A stretch of 64,000 nucleotides of DNA, from positions 60,434-124,433 of the forward strand of contig DF237193.1 of the NCBI GenBank assembly GCA_000708835.1. The letters are read 5' to 3'. A model generated the notes under the pieces. That model made no database searches, was not told the DNA's origin, and was given only the letters and a program-made list of their open reading frames with translations. The first letter of the stretch is position 1. Each line of letters starts with the position of its first letter. The stretch comes from Klebsormidium nitens. Lineage: Eukaryota; Plantae; Klebsormidiophyceae. This document shows, piece after piece, positions 59,070 to 64,000 of the stretch. The position numbers and the translations under genes are program-made.

Positions 59070-62000
59070 ATGCTGAAGTCAGCTGCGACCCTCCAGGATG
59101 CTGCTGAATTCACAGATTCGTGCACAGAGCGCTCCAAATCAACTTACAGCGCATCCACTTCCAGCCCCTCCCTCGAACCGTCCTCTAGAATTCTAGGCGC
59201 CGAGCCCTCCAGCCCGTGCTCAACTCAGCGAGCGCGCTTCGATCCACCCTCCTTCTCTAGCCGCATCTTCTTTCGACCTTTCAGACCCCACTGTCACAAA
59301 TCCTCCTCCCAGTTCGCTGTCTCTGCCGCATCCTTTCGCCAGCCAGGGGCCTCTTTTGCAACCACTGCGTTTCTAGCTGGGCCTTCTCTTGCTTCCGGTG
59401 CACCAGACCCCTCGAACGCCAACCAAACGGTCAGCAATTTTGGGACCGGTTCGTCTGATCAGCAGAAGGAGGTTTCGAAGCTGCGGCCGGCGTTCAAACG
59501 GAAAACAAATGCGAAGGCCGTTCAGGGAAGTGCTGACGTACCGCCTGGGGCCCGTCAGCTGGCTACCGCTGCCGCTGCGCAATCGGGGTTGCGGGATGCT
59601 CCAGTGAGCGGCGGTTCGATGGACCAGGGGGTGGGAAAGCCAGCAAGGGCGCTGCCGCCTCTGCCCCCCCGGAAGAAGACGAAGGCCCTCCGAAAAACGG
59701 CGCAACATATCATGAACGTAAGCGGGGCTTTGCGAACGTGATAACATTTGCAAGGTATCCACACTACGTTGCCGGCTAGTCCTTATAACGACCAATTCGT
59801 CACAAGGTTTGCTTACAGGAAACTCCCCACTCCTTTACAGGAGTGGGGAGAGCCGTTAAGTTCCATCTGCTGATGTCCCTGCCAATCAGAGACTTCCATG
59901 CTCGTGAATCCTGTGCGGTACACTAAACTGCTTGCTGATGCACTTTGCAGATTCTGGACCAGGAGGCTGTGGCAGAGCTGAAGCAAAAGAAGAACTACCC
60001 AGACTTTCGTCCAGGGGATGTCCTAGAATTAGACATGGTAAGCCCGTTTTATACGTGCGCCGTGCAAGTTCTTAACTCTGCTAACAAACACAACTTTCGC
60101 GATGTTGATTTGTCTGCGCATGTATAACCCTGTTCTCCGGGCGCGGTGCTGTCTAGCGGATTGAAACGCTTGGAGAAGGAGAAGGGCTTGCAGAAGTGGC
60201 GATAATTTCGGGACAGGTGTCAGACGTCCCAAACTAAGCTACCGTTTGTTGCTTATGAGAAGTCTGGTTTCTAACACAGAAAATGAGCGTAGCAAATTTT
60301 AGATCAATAGCTATATTTGTCTGGTGCGAACTCTGCTTCGATCTACTTTGCCCTTCCATGCACTGCTCTACTAGGCTTGCTCTTTTGAACTTGCTCTCTT
60401 GGGAGTCAGTCCGCATTGCGATCCCGTTGCATTTTCCATTGGGTCAGCTACGGAACCGGTACTTGGTCACTTGAATCCAACCATCTCGGACCATCTCGAA
60501 CCAGGACGCCAAGAAGATGTTAGAGTATGATAGCATGTTGCCAAGCAGGGTCCCATTCATCTTTCTGACTGTTGCAACACTTCCGCTTTCGTGCACTGCA
60601 GACCGTTTGACCTAAGGCTTCGTTTTGTTTCTTGACCGCACACCTATCGACCATAAGTGCAGGATCGGACCCTTTTCAGACCTTGTGAACAAGAGCGAAG
60701 ATTTTGGGCTCATTTCTGTTTGTTACGCCCCCGTTCGACGGTCCGCCACGTCAGCTGTCGATGCTGGGGGGGGTGACAGCCAACGGGGTCTCCGTGAATT
60801 TGCCTTGTACTCTTGCTCTTCTAGGCTGGATTACATCGTGCACAGACCCGCTTACGCATGATCTTTAGCCTGCCCTTACACATGAAGGCTCCAGCCGTTG
60901 CTTTTCTGCTGGTTCAATCGTCCAAGGAGGACAAGGAATAAGCAAGCTATACGTGTTTGGTGTGCTGAGTCCCCAACTTTTTCTGACTTCAAATTATCCT
61001 GCTTGCCTTGTTTTCTATTTTGACGGATACAGCGTTTCAGGTCTATGCGAGTTTGTAATTATCACCGAAGTTTGCTGTTCAGTCCCTTTCGTGTGTCGGC
61101 TAACAACATTCAGCGCTTCCTATTGGGGTCGTCAATCACTCTTTTCCTACGCGTGCATGTTCCCAACTCTGACGCCGCTCATTCTCGTCTTTGATCAGGA
61201 GAATGCTGCTTCTTGATACGCACCGTTCACCCACACTCCATGACGAGGTCTTTAGTTCTTTTCTCGTAGAGGCTCAGTCCCTTATACCAAGCAGCACTCT
61301 CCAAGAAATGAAGGTTCCTAAACCGTTTCCTTTGTCGTCTCTCGCCTGCAGATTGTACCGGAAAACAGGCGGCGAACAGCGGTCGTTCGAGGGGTGTGCC
61401 TAGCTCGGCGGAACCGCGGGGTGGGCTCTACGTTCGTCATTCGAAGGGTAGTCGCAGGGGAGGGCATGGAGTACACGTACCCCTTGTGAGTCCGTCCATT
61501 TCCTCAACCTTTTGCACCCCCGTCACGTCCTCTCTCAACCCGACGACTCTTACTGCAAATTCGCCTCCGTTTCAGATTTCCGATTCTTAGAAAATGGCCC
61601 AATGAAGGGTGAGTTGAACACTGCAGGAAGGCCTTCGAGCGAGATTCTAAGTTCTGTATAATTTGCAATTGTAACTACCGTGAACCAATGACAGGTTGTC
61701 CCGGCGGTTTCCGAGTTTTCCTTTTGTAAAGTTGATTGCAATTCCTTCTGAACCGTAAAGTTGACTGGTTACGGGCAAAAGCTTACTGACGTGTGTCGCT
61801 ATCCGTGGTGCTGCTGTCGGCTGTCTCTAGGCAAATGTGTGAAAACGGGACTTTTTCGCAATCCTAGCGATTACTCTGTTGCTTTTTGTTGCACTCATGT
61901 TGCATCAGGAGCTCTGGTTGTTCCTTTGAGAGACGACATGCATAGATATGCTCATTTCCCCGCAGGTACTCTCCTAACATTCAAGAGATCAAGATCATTG

Positions 62001-62071
62001 AGAGGCGACCAGTACGAAGAGCCAAGCTTTTCTACCTGCGAGACTGGAACCCTCGGGAATGCACCGTGTAG
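59070..62071 (+). CDS. RPL19: Organellar 50S ribosomal protein L19 (bL19), probably mitochondrial type
   Basis: Exons 59070-59717, 59951-60037, 61352-61485, 61966-62071. Core KTAQHIMN|[29 protein letters not shown]|[45 protein letters not shown]|[26 protein letters not shown] is typical bL19. The compartment is inferred. Confidence 0.93.
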
Positions 62072-62139
62072 GGCCTTGTTCAAAAAGTGCTCTCGCTTTA
62101 CGGTACCTGGTTATGCAAACCTTATCCAAGGCAAACAAG

Positions 62140-64000
62140 TTAGTAGACTGAAAATGGAGTGCGGCTGACAGAAATTGAATCATCTGAGCGGTTAAAGGTC
62201 TGATGCTGGTTGCCCATCTTGATATCATGCTCAAATATTGTCAAGTCCTGCGCTCTTGGGCTGCACTCAAAAACTGAGAGGAGTGTTGGATGACATGCAT
62301 GGAGGAATTCAGGTGGTGATTGCGTCAGGTCAGTCGGCCCCTTCCAATCAGCTGAGGGCCAGATTCGTGTACAGATGTAAGCAAAGAGTCCTCCAGCCGA
62401 CTTGTCTAGGAATCCTCCATACTCCACAAAAGTTGCCAATTGCATAACATAGTGAGGGCCGCCGCATCACAGCTAGCTTGCCAGGCATACGGTTACGGGT
62501 ATGCAACCCCCAGTACAGTAGTACGTAGTTAACCTTCCTCTTTTTGGTGAGGGCGTGGCCACGCATCATGAGTCTTAATTCGATGTACACGGGTGTGCCG
62601 GGCCGGCTGCCAATGATAGTCCACACGAGGCTTGGTCGGTCTAGCTCTTGCACATTGCTTATTGGTCATGCGATTACATCAAGAGGGACAATTGCACCGT
62701 TTCTTGAAGTGCTGAGGCACTGAGCTAAGTTTTGCTAGGCTCTCAGTGGCTCTTTAGGCACGCATGTATACCTACATGCCAGGAGGAGGCTACATATATA
62801 GCTATATGCATGTAAGTTAACTTGCAAAGGCCAACAGATAGAGCTTAAAATATGTGCCTGGCTGTCCAATCAATGAAGATGGTCATTTTGTGACGCCCTC
62901 GTGACCCGCAGCCAATGGGCCAATGATACCTACTAGTAGTAACTAGCTTCTCATTGTGGGGCCCAAAATCCTTGTGTTCGGGAAGTTCGGGGTCACGTCC
63001 AATGCCTTCATCACGTTGCAGTGAAGAGCTATCCATTGAAGCTCCTCGAGACGAGGAACTCGAGGAGTCACAGAATTCTTAGGGCCTTTCTGGGCTTTAA
63101 GCTGTCAGTCACATACGCTCTCATGCATATTTGATAGTGAGGTATTTGCACTTGAGCTTTGCAGTTAGATCAAGCTTAGTGCAGAATTCCAAATAAATAG
63201 ATAGAGTCGTCGACTTAGCCGACCACGGCTCCGAACCGACGTTAAAACATCTAAATCTAAATCTAAATCTAAATCTAAATCTCATGTGATCATGTCACCT
63301 GAGAGCGTTTGATTTTGTATATATACTCGGAGATATTGGTTGGCAGCCGACTGGCAACCATTGGTTGAAAGATTGCGACTAGACAGCGTCGTGTTGCAGG
63401 AGACATTTGAGATACCGTGACCTCTGGACCATATTGATGCATGGCTTTCAATTCGGAACAAATGAACCAATACCAGGATTATAAAAGATCTTTCATTGCG
63501 TGCATATTTAAGAATCGCTTTGAATACTTCATGAAGTTGGCACTCCTGTTGCAGCATGGATAGCGAGTGTTCACAACCTAGCGACGCAGCAATTCTGCGT
63601 TGTCTTTCAAGACATACCGGTATCATAGTCACAAGTTGTCTACCTATCCCTATGAGTCGGGACTCGGGATACCTCAATGAGACTTCAATATTACAATATA
63701 TATCGCTATAACAATGTAATAATAATTCAATATCGATATGAACAATGATCGTTGCATGGCCAAGCCAACTCAAAATCGTGTGCGAGTGCCACAGCACCAT
63801 GTCACCCTTGTGACGCACATCCGTCCCTACTAGGGGCCTTCGGAGGAAAATAGACATTGGTGCAATTCGGCACAGTGGAATTGGAAGTACCATACCTACC
63901 TTTTTTTGGTATGAATAATCTGGCCACACGCAGCTCATCATAAGGAGTCTGCGGACTGGCACACCGCGTTGGAGCGGATTGTAAGGCAACATCGGATAAA
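62140..64000 (-). CDS. Possible partial minus-strand gene entering from the right edge
   Basis: An open frame from the edge ends at AAAG|GTAGGT (exon end 63900). Exon-like pieces follow: GCEHSLSMLQQECQLHEVFKAILKYARNERSF, then LKAQKGPKNSVTPRVPRLEELQWIALHCNVMKALDV after a ctgactgacag-type acceptor, then PVYIELRLMMRGHALTKKRKVNYVLLYWG. They could not be joined into one frame and no family was recognised. Confidence 0.3.
63249..63282. repeat. Microsatellite (ATCTAA)x5.7
   Basis: Read directly. Confidence 0.92.

Noticed and set aside
63282-63992. 236-aa minus-strand ORF
   Set aside because: It runs through AT-rich intron-like sequence and across a strong donor at 63899 used by another frame. No recognisable motif. 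Only part may be exonic.
1-64000. tRNA, rRNA, snRNA, CRISPR, transposase or reverse-transcriptase genes
   Set aside because: No cloverleaf around GTTCG words, no regularly spaced repeat-spacer array and no DDE/RT motifs seen by eye. tRNAscan-SE and Infernal were not run.

Overview
Eukaryotic nuclear DNA, intron-dense and moderately GC-rich. Exons are GC-rich with GT(GC)-AG introns. Plastid/mitochondrial-targeted ribosomal proteins sit next to a cilium-type Chibby-like gene, which suggests a flagellate-producing streptophyte green alga such as Klebsormidium (inference only). Gene models were assembled by hand from splice sites and phase continuity. In order: 3' part of an unknown Cys-rich zinc-finger protein (+), SUMO (-), an 84-aa unknown small protein (+), a ~2,100-aa, ~25-exon ARM-repeat protein (+) with a probable GC-AG intron, plastid ribosomal protein S17 (-) head-to-head with a CCoAOMT-like O-methyltransferase (+), a ULP2/SENP6-7-like SUMO protease with a 1,427-aa single-exon acidic tail (-), a 275-bp MITE, a Chibby-like gene (-), organellar ribosomal protein L19 (+) and a weakly supported partial minus-strand gene at the right edge. 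The most unusual signal is that at least six introns of the ARM gene contain degenerate copies of their own adjacent exon/intron junctions, often with the GT/GC or AG intact. No rRNA, tRNA, CRISPR array or transposase was found.
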